Shown: piece after piece, positions 1 to 10,068 of the stretch
Position numbering within the stretch: the first letter of the stretch is position 1
How the letters are laid out: every line of letters begins with the position of its first letter
Assembly: GCA_016213435.1 (NCBI GenBank)
Contig: JACRAL010000004.1
Coordinates: 1,286-65,285, forward strand
DNA length: 64,000 nucleotides
Direction of reading: 5' to 3'
From: Bacteroidota bacterium
GTDB taxonomy: Bacteria > Bacteroidota > Bacteroidia > Palsa-948
Notes under the pieces: generated by a model
What the model saw: only the letters and a program-made list of their open reading frames with translations
Told to the model about the DNA's origin: nothing
The model's database searches: none
Position numbers and translations under genes: made by a program

Positions 1-584
1 GGAGCATTCAAGAATTCCTTTTTGTATTCAAGAACAAAATCAATGGAGGTTTGCAATGCTTTATCTGTATTGCCGGAAAGCACCTGTGACTTGAAATCTG
101 AAAATATCGGCTGCAAAGTCTGCAGCATATCAGGAGTTAATTGAATGGTTTTAGATTCGAACAGAGAATTAAATTTTTCTGTGGATGGATTTGCAATGTA
201 ATCATTCAGTGCATGAATTACCGGTTGAATTTCAAAATAGTGAACCGTGTAATGCAACAGCACAGCACCAATTCCACAAACTAAATAATAGATCAGAAAT
301 CTTTTTGCACCCCAAACATTTTCCAGCACATTGCCAAACATCCACAGCGCGAACATATTGAAAAAAATATGTGCGAAACTTCCGTGCATGAACATATAAG
401 TAATGAGTTGGTATGGCCTGAAATCTTCTGAGAAAAAATAATGTAATCCTAAATAATCGGTGAGATCAATATTCATCTTCATTTCAAACACAACGGTTGC
501 GAGATAAAAAATCCCATTAATGATGAGCAGATTTTTTATTACCGGAGGCAATACATTAAAGCCGGATGGTCTGTATTCTTGCAT
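1..584 (-). CDS. Rhomboid family intramembrane serine protease (partial, runs off the window start)
   Basis: Manual translation from the ATG at 584 gives MQEYRPSGFNVLPPVIKNLLIING...PYQLITYMFMHGSFAHIFFNMFALWMFG..LENVWGAKRF, the rhomboid H-x4-H-x3-N motif. It abuts the mutL stop. Confidence 0.88.
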   Translation of the reverse strand, partial: MQEYRPSGFNVLPPVIKNLLIINGIFYLATVVFEMKMNIDLTDYLGLHYFFSEDFRPYQLITYMFMHGSFAHIFFNMFALWMFGNVLENVWGAKRFLIYYLVCGIGAVLLHYTVHYFEIQPVIHALNDYIANPSTEKFNSLFESKTIQLTPDMLQTLQPIFSDFKSQVLSGNTDKALQTSIDFVLEYKKEFLNA

Positions 585-2492
585 TTATTTTTTTAATTTT
601 TTATCCAACTCATCCAATGAGATGGTGATCAATGTGGGTTTTCCTGAGGGAGAAGCATAGGGCATTTTGCAGGCGAACAATTCATCCACCATGTGGCTCA
701 TTTCTTCGTGGTTGAGCGGATCACCCGATTTGATGGAAAGATTTTTCGCCATGGCTTTTGCCACTATTTCCTTTTTTGCATTCCCTAATTCTGATTTTGA
801 ACCTTGAGAAGATTTGTAATCCTCAATCAGCTTTTCCAAAAGTTCAAAAATATTCTGATCGGAAATATCGGCAGGAATTCCGTGAACAATAAATGTGTTT
901 TTCCCAAATCCATTGATATCGAATCCAAGCGCATGCAATTCTTCGTTAAGTTCTTTGAGGATCACAGAATCACCTGCAGAAAATTCAAGTGTTTGCGGAA
1001 ACAACTGCTGCTGCGAAACACCTTTGTGTTTTTCCACCATCTCAAAATAATTTTCAAAAAGTATTCGCTCGTGTGCCGCCTGCTGATCGATCACGATCAT
1101 TCCTGTTTTAATATGTGCAAGAATATATTTGTTATGCAACTGGTAAGCCGATGTCTTTGTGGTTTGCTCTCCTTCGATTTTGAATTTCTGCTGGTTTTCT
1201 TCTGGTTGTTTTATTTCTACTTCCGGTTGCTTGGTTGTTTGGCGATAGAATTCCAAAGTTTTCTCTACTCTCCGTTTTCCTGATTCTCCGTTTCTTATTT
1301 CTGAATCGGGAAAGGGGGAAACCGGAGAAGCGGAGGTATTTCTCTTTTCGGATTTTCTTTCTTCTTTTTTCTCCTCTTCAAAAAACGGATTATAATTCTT
1401 ATCCACTTTTATTTTCGGTGGATTAAGCAGTATTTCCTCGCGGGATTTATTTTGCGGAATAGCAATGCTTGTCTCCTGCTCAAAGTCGAGCGAAGGTGCG
1501 ATGTTATATTTTCCGAGCGACTGCTTCACCGCAGACCGCATGATGGTATAGACCGAGCGTTCGTCTTCAAATTTAATTTCTGTTTTTGTCGGATGAATAT
1601 TCACATCAATCGTCTTCGGGTCGATCTCCATGTTGATGAAGTAGGATGGGAAAGCATCTTTCGGCAAAAGCTGTTCGTATGCATTTTGAAGCGCGTGATG
1701 CAGATAAGGACTTTTGATGAAACGGTTGTTGACGAAAAAGAACTGTTCGCCTCTTGTCTTCCGTGCGAATTCAGGTTTCCCTATGAATCCTGTAACATTT
1801 ACGATGGTGGTATCTTCGTGAACAGGAACTAAACGCTGATTGTAACTATCGCCAAATATCCCTACCAAGCGCTGGCGAAGCGTGCCTTTTCCCAGATGAA
1901 AAAGTTCGGAATTATTATGGTGAAGCGATAAATCAATTTCAGGATGAGCGATTGCCACGCGCTGAAATTCTTCTATGATATGCCTGAGTTCAACAGCATC
2001 CGATTTGAGAAAATTTCTTCGTGCCGGCACATTAAAAAAAAGATTTTTTATGCTGATGCTGGTTCCTTTCTGGCACTGGCAGGAGCTATGGTTTTTCAGT
2101 TCGCTTCCTTCAATTTCTATCTGTGTACCGAGTTCATCTTCCGCGCGTTTTGTTTTCATTTCTACCTGTGCAACTCCCGCGATGGAAGCCATGGCTTCTC
2201 CGCGAAATCCCATGGTGGTGATTTTGAAAAGGTCATCCGCTTTTTTAATTTTGGAAGTGGCGTGGCGCTCAAAGCACATGCGCGCATCCGTTTCACTCAT
2301 CCCGATTCCGTTGTCAATTATCTGAATGAGTGTTCTGCCGGCATCTTTAAGAATAAGTTTTATATCTGTCCCCTGTGCATCAATGGAATTTTCCAGAAGT
2401 TCTTTCACTGCCGAAGCCGGACGTTGAATAACCTCTCCTGCCGCAATTTGATTTGCAACTGAATCGGGAAGAAGATTAATGATGTCGGGCAT
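585..2492 (-). CDS. mutL: DNA mismatch repair endonuclease MutL
   Basis: NQIAAGEVIQRP, GFRGEA, DVNIHPTK, the C-terminal DQQAAHERILFE endonuclease motif and a PSGKP motif. Confidence 0.97.
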   Translation of the reverse strand: MPDIINLLPDSVANQIAAGEVIQRPASAVKELLENSIDAQGTDIKLILKDAGRTLIQIIDNGIGMSETDARMCFERHATSKIKKADDLFKITTMGFRGEAMASIAGVAQVEMKTKRAEDELGTQIEIEGSELKNHSSCQCQKGTSISIKNLFFNVPARRNFLKSDAVELRHIIEEFQRVAIAHPEIDLSLHHNNSELFHLGKGTLRQRLVGIFGDSYNQRLVPVHEDTTIVNVTGFIGKPEFARKTRGEQFFFVNNRFIKSPYLHHALQNAYEQLLPKDAFPSYFINMEIDPKTIDVNIHPTKTEIKFEDERSVYTIMRSAVKQSLGKYNIAPSLDFEQETSIAIPQNKSREEILLNPPKIKVDKNYNPFFEEEKKEERKSEKRNTSASPVSPFPDSEIRNGESGKRRVEKTLEFYRQTTKQPEVEIKQPEENQQKFKIEGEQTTKTSAYQLHNKYILAHIKTGMIVIDQQAAHERILFENYFEMVEKHKGVSQQQLFPQTLEFSAGDSVILKELNEELHALGFDINGFGKNTFIVHGIPADISDQNIFELLEKLIEDYKSSQGSKSELGNAKKEIVAKAMAKNLSIKSGDPLNHEEMSHMVDELFACKMPYASPSGKPTLITISLDELDKKLKK

Positions 2493-2557
2493 GCAGCAAA
2501 TTACAAGTGTTTAAGTCAAAATCATACAAAAATATAATTATTATCCCTGTATAAAAT

Positions 2558-2600
2558 AAAAATCCCCCAATCCGTCAACTGTCGGACCGAGGGATTTTTT
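2558..2600. terminator. Probable intrinsic terminator hairpin with a nested mini-palindrome in its loop
   Basis: AAAAATCCC (2558-2566) pairs with GGGATTTTT (2591-2599), just downstream of the minus-strand lipoprotein stop. The loop holds TCCGTCAACTGTCGGA. Confidence 0.6.
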
Positions 2601-2618
2601 CTTCCGAGGTGAGACAAA

Positions 2619-3521
2619 TTACTTCATGTGCACGGTATAAACATTGCTGTTGATGGTAACTGTGGCCTCATCATCACACGCTCCGTTATTGGGAGAAGAA
2701 AAATCAACGTGGCGTGTTGGTTTGGTTCCGGGAGTAAAATCAAATGTTCCGGAAGTAAACCAATGACAGCGCGAAGAGGGCATTCCCGAAGTACCTAAAA
2801 TTCCATCTACAAGAGGACTTGTGATATTCATATTAAATGGAGTTCCATTTGCGGATGTACCGCTGGCGGAACCGCTGATGGAAAAAACTCTAGGCATAGA
2901 TAGCAACCCGGTAAGCATTTCGCGTGTGCGATTTGCAGTCCATTTTATTGTTTTGCCGTCTGTTTTGATAATTCTTCCATCCACATTGATGCTCCAGTTC
3001 ATGTGTCCGGCAGCGTTGAGCCCATTGTTCGTGACTGAACGAGTGCCGATAATTTGATTCATCGAATTTTGGTCCGGACCTACAAAATAGGTATTGTCAG
3101 GCATAGTTGTAATGTCAATAGTTGAACCCACATCCCAATAACCAAGACTATGATTACCGGTTGTATAGGAAATAAATATTTTCCCTTTGCGGTAACGCCC
3201 ATCGCGACACAAACAACTTGTGCTGCCAAAATCAACGGTAATTACCCCTGATGAATCTGCCTGTTTAACAATAGTAATTGTAGCGCAAGAAGCCGTGAGA
3301 AGACCGTCAGGTTCAGCCATTTTATAATTGGTTGTATTTCCTTTAGATGCTTCATCAGAAATCTGGTGCATATCATTAAAAGATTGCTCTGCAAGCGAAT
3401 TATCTGAAACACCGCTGGTATCGGTGTCATTTGGTGCTTTCGGTTTACGACATCCTATGAATGACAGAACTGCTGCCATTAACAGTATAGTAGCATTTAA
3501 AATCAATAGCTTGGTTTTCAT
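2619..3521 (-). CDS. Hypothetical lipoprotein (beta-rich, Bacteroidota type)
   Basis: Long ORF. The likely start MKTKLL at 3521 is followed by a hydrophobic stretch and lipobox FIGC. Contains a C.C.DG..RKGKI motif. Confidence 0.75.
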   Translation of the reverse strand: MKTKLLILNATILLMAAVLSFIGCRKPKAPNDTDTSGVSDNSLAEQSFNDMHQISDEASKGNTTNYKMAEPDGLLTASCATITIVKQADSSGVITVDFGSTSCLCRDGRYRKGKIFISYTTGNHSLGYWDVGSTIDITTMPDNTYFVGPDQNSMNQIIGTRSVTNNGLNAAGHMNWSINVDGRIIKTDGKTIKWTANRTREMLTGLLSMPRVFSISGSASGTSANGTPFNMNITSPLVDGILGTSGMPSSRCHWFTSGTFDFTPGTKPTRHVDFSSPNNGACDDEATVTINSNVYTVHMK

Positions 3522-3652
3522 TGTGTTAAGTTTGATTGCTTGTGTGTTGTTATTAATTTTCAAGCGTAAGACGATTGTAAAAGTAAGAAAGTTACAGGGA
3601 TTTCGGAGGTTTTTGATCGGGGGCTATTTAATACTATTCGTATTTTTAGAAA

Positions 3653-4729
3653 ATGAATTTTCTGAGGTTTTTATTATTCCCAGCTGCGCTGTTATACGGC
3701 ATAGGAATCTTTTTTCGAAACCTGCTGTATCAAATCGGTATTTTACCTGCTAAAGGATTTGACACAGGAATAATTGTAATCGGAAATCTATCAGTTGGAG
3801 GCACAGGAAAATCTCCAATGACAGAATATCTTATCCGTTTGTTAAAAGAAAAATTTCCTCTCGCTACGTTGAGCCGCGGATACAAGCGTCATACAACAGG
3901 ATTTCTTTTAGCAGAAAAAGATTCCACATCGTTCCAGATCGGGGATGAACCTCTTCAGTTCAAGAAAAAATTCCCGGATATAATTGTTTCAGTGGATGAA
4001 AATCGAAAGCAGGGAATAAAAAAACTTCTTTTGCAATTTCCTCAACTTAAAATAATTTTGCTGGACGATGCATTCCAGCACCGCAGAGTAAAACCCGGAC
4101 TTTCCATTTTGCTTACCGATTACAGTAAAATATTTTACGATGATTTTCTTCTGCCGGTTGGCTCATTGAGAGAATGGAGCGCGGGGAAAGGAAGAGCAGA
4201 CATCATCATTGTTACAAAATGCCCTGTCAATTTATCTCCGGTAGAAAAAAGGATCATCCTGAAAAATATTTCTCCGGAACCACATCAACATGTTTTTTTC
4301 TCGCATATAAAATACGGAGAACCGATTACTTTATTCCCCTCTCCCTCGGGAGAGGGGTTAGGGATGAGGTCGACTGTTGTGCTGCTCACCGGAATCTCCA
4401 ATCCAAAGCCATTAGAGGATTATCTCAAAGACAAAGTCAGCAATATCATTCCAATGCATTATCCCGATCACCACGAATACACAATTGTTGAAGCAAACAA
4501 AGCAGTTGAAACATTTAACAATATTGCTTCTTCAAATAAAGTAATCATCACTACGGAAAAAGACGCCATGCGTTTAGATAAACCGGGGCTTGTAGAAGTG
4601 CTTCATACCCTTCCTATATATTACATTCCGATCGAAGTTTCTTTTGATGAAAAAGAAAAAACAGAATTTAATCAACTTATAACCGATTATGCCTTTAGAA
4701 CAAATCAAAAGCACAGCGGAGTTCATTAA
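3653..4729 (+). CDS. lpxK: Tetraacyldisaccharide 4'-kinase
   Basis: IGNLSVGGTGKSP, LSRGY, GDEP, LDDAFQH, YPDHH and TTEKD motifs. Confidence 0.96.
   Translation: MNFLRFLLFPAALLYGIGIFFRNLLYQIGILPAKGFDTGIIVIGNLSVGGTGKSPMTEYLIRLLKEKFPLATLSRGYKRHTTGFLLAEKDSTSFQIGDEPLQFKKKFPDIIVSVDENRKQGIKKLLLQFPQLKIILLDDAFQHRRVKPGLSILLTDYSKIFYDDFLLPVGSLREWSAGKGRADIIIVTKCPVNLSPVEKRIILKNISPEPHQHVFFSHIKYGEPITLFPSPSGEGLGMRSTVVLLTGISNPKPLEDYLKDKVSNIIPMHYPDHHEYTIVEANKAVETFNNIASSNKVIITTEKDAMRLDKPGLVEVLHTLPIYYIPIEVSFDEKEKTEFNQLITDYAFRTNQKHSGVH
4335..4369 (+). repeat. G/C hairpin repeat (family A), in frame in lpxK
   Basis: TCCCCTCTCCCTCGGGAGAGGGGTTAGGGATGAGG, translated as PSPSGEGLGMR. Confidence 0.9.
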
Positions 4730-5501
4730 GAAACAAGTTTCTATTTCACCCGAAATCGGAATTATTCTTGGAACAGGACTTGGAGGTTTGGTGAAAGAAA
4801 TAGAGGTGCTTCATACAATTCCATATGAAAAAATTCCGAACATGCCTCTTTCCACAGTAGAAGGACATTCCGGAAAACTGATCTTTGGAATTCTTGGCGG
4901 AAAAAAAGTAGTGGCAATGCAGGGGCGCTTTCATTATTACGAAGGGTATGAAATGCAGCAAGTTATTTTTCCGGTGCGTGTGATGAAATACCTCGGCATC
5001 AAAAAACTTTTTCTCTCTAATGCGAGCGGTGGCGTAAATCCGGATTTTGAAGTCGGAGACTTAATGATCATCACCGATCACATCAACTTAATGCCCAATC
5101 CCCTCATCGGAAAAAATGAACAGGAACTGGGAGAGCGCTTCCCCGACATGAGCGAAGCATACGACAAGGCAATTATAGAAAAAGCAAAACAAATTGCGAA
5201 ACAGCACAACATTAAAATACAGCAGGGAGTGTATGTTGCCTTAACCGGACCTACTCTCGAAACCCCTGCCGAATACAAATACATGCGGATCATTGGAGGG
5301 GACACCGTTGGCATGAGCACTGCGCCTGAAGTAATTGCCGGTCATCATATGGGCATTCCATGCTTTGCCATGAGCATAATCACCGATGTAGGCGTAGAAG
5401 GACGGATTATAAAAGTTTCCCTCGCAGATATTCTGCGTGCTGCTGAAAAAGCCGAGCCGAAGATGACTTTGATAATGAAGGAACTGATAAAGAGTTTGTG
5501 A
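4689..5501 (+). CDS. punA: Purine-nucleoside phosphorylase (trimeric type)
   Basis: IILGTGLG, STVEGHSG, QGRFHYYEG, GPTLETPAE and VGMST motifs. Overlaps the lpxK 3' end. Confidence 0.93.
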   Translation: MPLEQIKSTAEFIKKQVSISPEIGIILGTGLGGLVKEIEVLHTIPYEKIPNMPLSTVEGHSGKLIFGILGGKKVVAMQGRFHYYEGYEMQQVIFPVRVMKYLGIKKLFLSNASGGVNPDFEVGDLMIITDHINLMPNPLIGKNEQELGERFPDMSEAYDKAIIEKAKQIAKQHNIKIQQGVYVALTGPTLETPAEYKYMRIIGGDTVGMSTAPEVIAGHHMGIPCFAMSIITDVGVEGRIIKVSLADILRAAEKAEPKMTLIMKELIKSL

Positions 5502-5600
5502 TTTACTTTAAAAAAAATCAGAAAGTTTTTTTCGTTCGAAATGTTGAAAATGGTTACTTTTCGAAAGAGAGAAAGAAGATTTCATCACCGATTATTTTTG

Positions 5601-5608
5601 TAGGTTTG
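5601..5608 (+). promoter_or_regulatory. Bacteroidota sigma-70 -7 box (TAnnTTTG)
   Basis: TAGGTTTG, 26 nt upstream of the ATG at 5635. Confidence 0.5.
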
Positions 5609-5634
5609 CTTCACATTTCTTATGTATAAAAAAT

Positions 5635-6309
5635 ATGAAAAAGATAACTCTTTCAGTAGTTTTATCGTTTATTGTTTTTGGGTTTAGCAGTGCTCAACAA
5701 AGAGGATTTCATATAGGTGGTATTGGCGGGTATAATGCAATAGGTATCCTTAATCGTCTTTTACCGGAACAAGCATATCATATCACTTGCAGCCCACAAT
5801 ATGGGTTTGCATCTGGCTATAATTTTAATCATTATCTTGGACTACAAGTTGAGCTTGTAAACTCTCATCAAGGACAAAAAGCGGAAAATTCGAGTAACCA
5901 GATAGTTGAAGAAGTAAATTTACATTATCTACAGTTGCCGATACTATTTCAATTCGCAGATGGTGACGAGTTTAGTCAATTTTATTTGACGTTTGGTCCT
6001 CAGTTTGGATTTTTAAAAGATGCCCAGATCACAACGCCTGCTGCAGGAATGATTCAGGCGAAAGATAGATTTGAAAAACATGAAACGGGTATTTTGTTGG
6101 AATTAGGCACTTATTCCGGATTATCGCATGATTATGCGGAAAGCCGATCGCATCATTTGTTATGTTGGAGTGTAGGACTAAGGTTCTATTATGGATTAAC
6201 GGATATAAATACTCCTCAATATAGGATACCTATTCCGGGCAAAAATTATCAAAAAGCTACAAATGTTGCAGCAGGTATAAACATTGGAATACATTGGATA
6301 ATTAGGTAA
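5635..6309 (+). CDS. PorT-like outer-membrane beta-barrel protein
   Basis: Signal peptide plus the LHYLQLPIL..GPQFGFL..RFYYGLTDI pattern typical of OMP_b-brl_2/PorT proteins. Confidence 0.7.
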   Translation: MKKITLSVVLSFIVFGFSSAQQRGFHIGGIGGYNAIGILNRLLPEQAYHITCSPQYGFASGYNFNHYLGLQVELVNSHQGQKAENSSNQIVEEVNLHYLQLPILFQFADGDEFSQFYLTFGPQFGFLKDAQITTPAAGMIQAKDRFEKHETGILLELGTYSGLSHDYAESRSHHLLCWSVGLRFYYGLTDINTPQYRIPIPGKNYQKATNVAAGINIGIHWIIR

Positions 6310-6367
6310 ATTCATGAATTATTTTTATTACTTATTTTTTGTGAACACAAAGATAGAACACCGCACT

Positions 6368-6398
6368 AAACCACTCTGCACTGAAAGTGCAGAGGTTT
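6368..6398. repeat. Intergenic REP-like hairpin
   Basis: AAACCA-CTCTGCACT-GAA-AGTGCAGAG-GTTT, a perfect 9-bp stem with an outer AAAC/GTTT pair. Confidence 0.6.
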
Positions 6399-6520
6399 GA
6401 TAAATCGGGAATAAAATTCTCTCTACATAACTAAAAAAGCAATGTATAGTATTATAAATCAAAAATGTGTATCAACTGAAAGTCTTGCAATGAAACTGCA
6501 TAGTTTCAACTAACGTGTTT

Positions 6521-9500
6521 ATGACAATGAAAAGATTTTTACTTTTTTATTTATTGCCCTTTGTTTACGATCTATTGCCTGTATCTTCTTTTTCACAACG
6601 CAATAATTTCCAAACTTATTCCATAGAACAGGGCCTTCCGCAGACAACTATCTATTGTATTATTCAGGATAACCGCGGGTATCTCTGGCTCGGAACAGAT
6701 GGCGGAGGGCTTTGCCGTTTTGACGGAATCCATTTCAAAACATTTAGTAAAAAAGAAGGTTTTAAGGGAGATAATATTCGCTCCCTGTTACAAGATAGTA
6801 AAGGGAGGATTTGGGCTGGAACCAAAGGCGAAGGCATCATAATTTATGACGGGTTGAAATTTACAACGATCGCAAAAAATAATGGTCTTGCTGGAACTGC
6901 CGTGCTTTGCATGACAGAAGATAAAAATGGAAACATTTGGGCAGGAACAGATGACGGAGGACTAAACAAAATAACTCCTTTGTCCTACTCTGGAGGGGAT
7001 GCAGGGAGAGGGCTTGATTCATTCAAGATTCAAGTAGTGGACGAGCACAAAGGCCTCAGCAGCAATTCTATTTTCGATATTCATATAGATAAAGAGAACC
7101 GCATTTGGCTCGCCACGTTTGGCGGAGTAAATGTTATCACTCCCCTATCTTCAGAGAATAAAACAGATTCCTTACAAATTGATCTGTTAAGAAACGGCCG
7201 AGAAATTCCCAGCGACCAGATAATTTCCCTTGCAGAAAAAAGCGATGGAACATTATGGTTTGGCACATATGATCAGGGTGTGTTTTCCATTGCTCCAAAA
7301 AACAAAGATGCAAGTCCAAACTTTAAGCTGGATATTCTTTCACGAAAAGTTTCCGTCTTCAACTCTTCCAATGGATTCAATGCAAAAGCCATCTGGAAAA
7401 TTTTCAGTACCAGCAGAAACGAATTGTGGTTTGCTTCGGTGGAAGATGGGATCATTCGTTCGTTGCCGGGATTGACGCAAAACAAATTCGAGAAGTATAC
7501 CGACAAAGAGGGATTACCATGCACCCAAATGCTCTGCGTGTTTGAAGACAAGGACAAAAATATCTGGATCGGAACAAACGGAGGCGGACTCTGCAAATTC
7601 ATGGGAGATATTTTTTCTCACTACTCGGAAAAAGACGGATTGCCAAGTAATAATGTGCAGAGAATAGACATGGACTCCCTCGGAAGATTGTGGTTCGGCA
7701 CAAGCGGAGGAGGATTGGTGCAAATGGATACGAAAACAGGCATCCCCGTTTGTAAAAATTATACCACCAAAGACGGGCTTCCCGGCAATAATATTCTTTC
7801 TGTTTCAACCGGGAGAGGTTCGCGTAATCCAAACATTTGGGCAGCAGTTTCAGGAGCCGGACTTGCAAAATACGATGGAAGAAAGTTTTTCTCCTATTCC
7901 GAAACTGAGGGCTTGCTTGATAATAATGTATACAGTATTTATGTAGATAAAAACGGAATAGTATGGGTCGGGAGCAAACAAGGGATCAGCCGCTATGACG
8001 GAAAAAAATTCGTAACGCTTACGATGGAAGATATGAAGATCAGCGATAAAGACGTAAATGCTATTATACAGGATAAGCGCGGAAGTCTGTGGTTCGGAAC
8101 AAGAGGTGGATTAGCGAGATACGCAGGAGATGGTTCCATCACCACTTTTGACGAAGTGGAAGGACTGGATCGTAAAGAGATCATTTGCCTCGCAGAAGAC
8201 CCTTTCGGAAATATCTGGATAGGAACAACGAATGGAGGAGTTTACCGCTTTGATGTTTTCACGGATAATAAAAAGAAGATCAGTTTGATTGCGAACGATA
8301 GTTTGCTGAGTTCGAATTCTGTGCGCGCTATTATTTTTCTGGATGAAAAAACAACAGGCAATACGGGAAAACAAATGGTAGTGGGCACCGACAAAGGAAT
8401 TGATAAAATAACTTTTGATGATAAAGGAAAAATCCTCAAGATCAGGAATTACAATGCCACAGACGGATTCATCGGAGTGGAATGTAACGATAATGCGATG
8501 TATAGAGATATTAATGGAAATATTTGGATAGGAACGGTGAAAGGACTCACACGCTTTAATCCTGCAATGGAAATAAACAATCTGAATTCTCCCGAGGTTC
8601 ACATCACCAACATAAAACTTTTTTTTAAGGACGTGGACTGGAAAACAAAGGGAGTGGATTCTATTCAGCCCTGGTTCAATCTTCCCTATTCCTTGCAGCT
8701 TTCTTATCTTGACAATCGTATCACGTTTGATTATGCTGCTATCTCGCTCTGCAATCCTCAAAAAATAAAATATCGCTACATGTTGGAAGGAGTGGAAGAA
8801 GAGTGGTCGCCTCCTACTTCGCAAACAGAACGGGATTATCCAGGACTTTCTCCCGGCACCTATACTTTTAAAGTAATCAGCGCTGGAGCAAACGAAGTTT
8901 GGAATACCGAGCCGGCTGTTTTTAAATTCACCATCAATCCTCCATGGTATAGAACCACTTATGCCTATGTCACTTATCTGATCTTGCTTGTAGGCGGAAC
9001 TTATTCGTTTGTGAAATACCGAGAACGTGCTCTTCTTCTGGAGAAAAAAATCCTTGAGGATAAAGTGGAAGAACGCACTGCTGAAGTAGTAAAACAAAAA
9101 GAAGAACTGGTGCATCAGAACGAGATCATCGAAGAAAAAAATAAAGACATCACGGACAGTATTAATTACGCGGAAAAAATCCAGCGTGCTATTCTTCCCG
9201 ATCCCGAAAAAATAAAAAAGGCCTTGCCCCAATCGTTCATTCTTTTCCAACCGAGAGATATTGTGAGTGGAGATTTTTTCTGGTACAACGAAGTTAAACT
9301 CCCCTCTCCCGTGACAACCGAGCGAGATGTGAAGGTTGGCAGCGCAGCTCGGGGGGCAGGAGGTGAGGTCATTCTGCTTGCTGCAGCCGACTGCACAGGT
9401 CACGGTGTTCCCGGAGCATTTATGAGCATGATCAGTACCTCCCTGCTGAACGAAGCCGTGAATGAAAAGAAAATTCTTCAACCCAATGAAATCCTGAATG

Positions 9501-10015
9501 AAGTAAGACGCGGTATTATCCACTCGTTAAAGCAAACGGGAGAATCGGGAGGACAAAAGGACGGAATGGATGTTGGAATAATCAGTTTACAGTTTCCTCT
9601 TTCGGGTTTACAGTCGGATAACAACCGTAAACAGGAAACCTTAAATTGCAAACTTGAATATGCAGGCGCGAATAATTCCATGTACATTATCCGAAAATCC
9701 AACAATCCTGTTCTGGAAGAAATTGATCCGGATCCTATGCCTGTTGCGATAAGCGATCGCACATTTGATTTTAAAAATAATGTTATCGAACTTCAAAAAG
9801 GAGATTCCATTTATATTTTTACCGATGGTTATGCCGACCAGTTTGGCGGACCGAAAGGAAAAAAATTTGAGTACGCGCAGTTCAAGAAATTGCTTCTTTC
9901 CATTCAAAATAAAACCATGGACGAACAAAAAGAAATTCTGGACAATACCATGGCAGAGTGGAAAGGCAGCCTTGAACAGATTGATGATATCTTGGTGATT
10001 GGGGTGAGGATATAG
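6521..10015 (+). CDS. Membrane sensor: two-component-regulator beta-propellers + Y_Y_Y + TM + coiled coil + SpoIIE/PP2C phosphatase
   Basis: Repeated D..G.(L/I)W.GT..GL blades, YRYMLEG..Y..L.PG.YTFKV, one TM helix, then DIVSGDF, ADCTGHGVPGA, DGMD, FTDGYADQFGG and QIDD. Start at 6521 or 6527. Confidence 0.92.
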   Translation: MTMKRFLLFYLLPFVYDLLPVSSFSQRNNFQTYSIEQGLPQTTIYCIIQDNRGYLWLGTDGGGLCRFDGIHFKTFSKKEGFKGDNIRSLLQDSKGRIWAGTKGEGIIIYDGLKFTTIAKNNGLAGTAVLCMTEDKNGNIWAGTDDGGLNKITPLSYSGGDAGRGLDSFKIQVVDEHKGLSSNSIFDIHIDKENRIWLATFGGVNVITPLSSENKTDSLQIDLLRNGREIPSDQIISLAEKSDGTLWFGTYDQGVFSIAPKNKDASPNFKLDILSRKVSVFNSSNGFNAKAIWKIFSTSRNELWFASVEDGIIRSLPGLTQNKFEKYTDKEGLPCTQMLCVFEDKDKNIWIGTNGGGLCKFMGDIFSHYSEKDGLPSNNVQRIDMDSLGRLWFGTSGGGLVQMDTKTGIPVCKNYTTKDGLPGNNILSVSTGRGSRNPNIWAAVSGAGLAKYDGRKFFSYSETEGLLDNNVYSIYVDKNGIVWVGSKQGISRYDGKKFVTLTMEDMKISDKDVNAIIQDKRGSLWFGTRGGLARYAGDGSITTFDEVEGLDRKEIICLAEDPFGNIWIGTTNGGVYRFDVFTDNKKKISLIANDSLLSSNSVRAIIFLDEKTTGNTGKQMVVGTDKGIDKITFDDKGKILKIRNYNATDGFIGVECNDNAMYRDINGNIWIGTVKGLTRFNPAMEINNLNSPEVHITNIKLFFKDVDWKTKGVDSIQPWFNLPYSLQLSYLDNRITFDYAAISLCNPQKIKYRYMLEGVEEEWSPPTSQTERDYPGLSPGTYTFKVISAGANEVWNTEPAVFKFTINPPWYRTTYAYVTYLILLVGGTYSFVKYRERALLLEKKILEDKVEERTAEVVKQKEELVHQNEIIEEKNKDITDSINYAEKIQRAILPDPEKIKKALPQSFILFQPRDIVSGDFFWYNEVKLPSPVTTERDVKVGSAARGAGGEVILLAAADCTGHGVPGAFMSMISTSLLNEAVNEKKILQPNEILNEVRRGIIHSLKQTGESGGQKDGMDVGIISLQFPLSGLQSDNNRKQETLNCKLEYAGANNSMYIIRKSNNPVLEEIDPDPMPVAISDRTFDFKNNVIELQKGDSIYIFTDGYADQFGGPKGKKFEYAQFKKLLLSIQNKTMDEQKEILDNTMAEWKGSLEQIDDILVIGVRI
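9299..9368 (+). repeat. Family-A repeat with a nested second element, in frame in the PP2C domain
   Basis: CTCCCCTCTCCC-[..CCGAGCGAGATGTGAAGGTTGGCAGCGCAGCTCG]-GGGGGCAGGAGGTGAGG, translated as LPSPVTTERDVKVGSAARGAGGE. Confidence 0.75.
9584..9654 (+). repeat. Inverted heptamer arrays, in frame in the PP2C domain
   Basis: AGTTTAC AGTTTCC TCTTTCG GGTTTAC ... GTAAACA GGAAACC TTAAATT GCAAACT, translated as SLQFPLSGLQ..RKQETLNCKL. Confidence 0.65.
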
Positions 10016-10068
10016 GACAATGCGTTTGGACTCTACAAGCTCTGTTCAACTGAGTTAATTAACCTGCT

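Noticed and set aside
4689-4729. 41-bp lpxK/PNP overlap as a possible frameshift
   Set aside because: Both proteins appear complete, so this is a simple short overlap.
8111-9523. 470-aa minus-strand ORF
   Set aside because: It lies entirely antisense to the well-supported sensor gene and has no recognisable motifs, so it is a shadow ORF. The same applies to the many short ORFs overlapping mutL, topA, pccB, the S41 peptidase and others.
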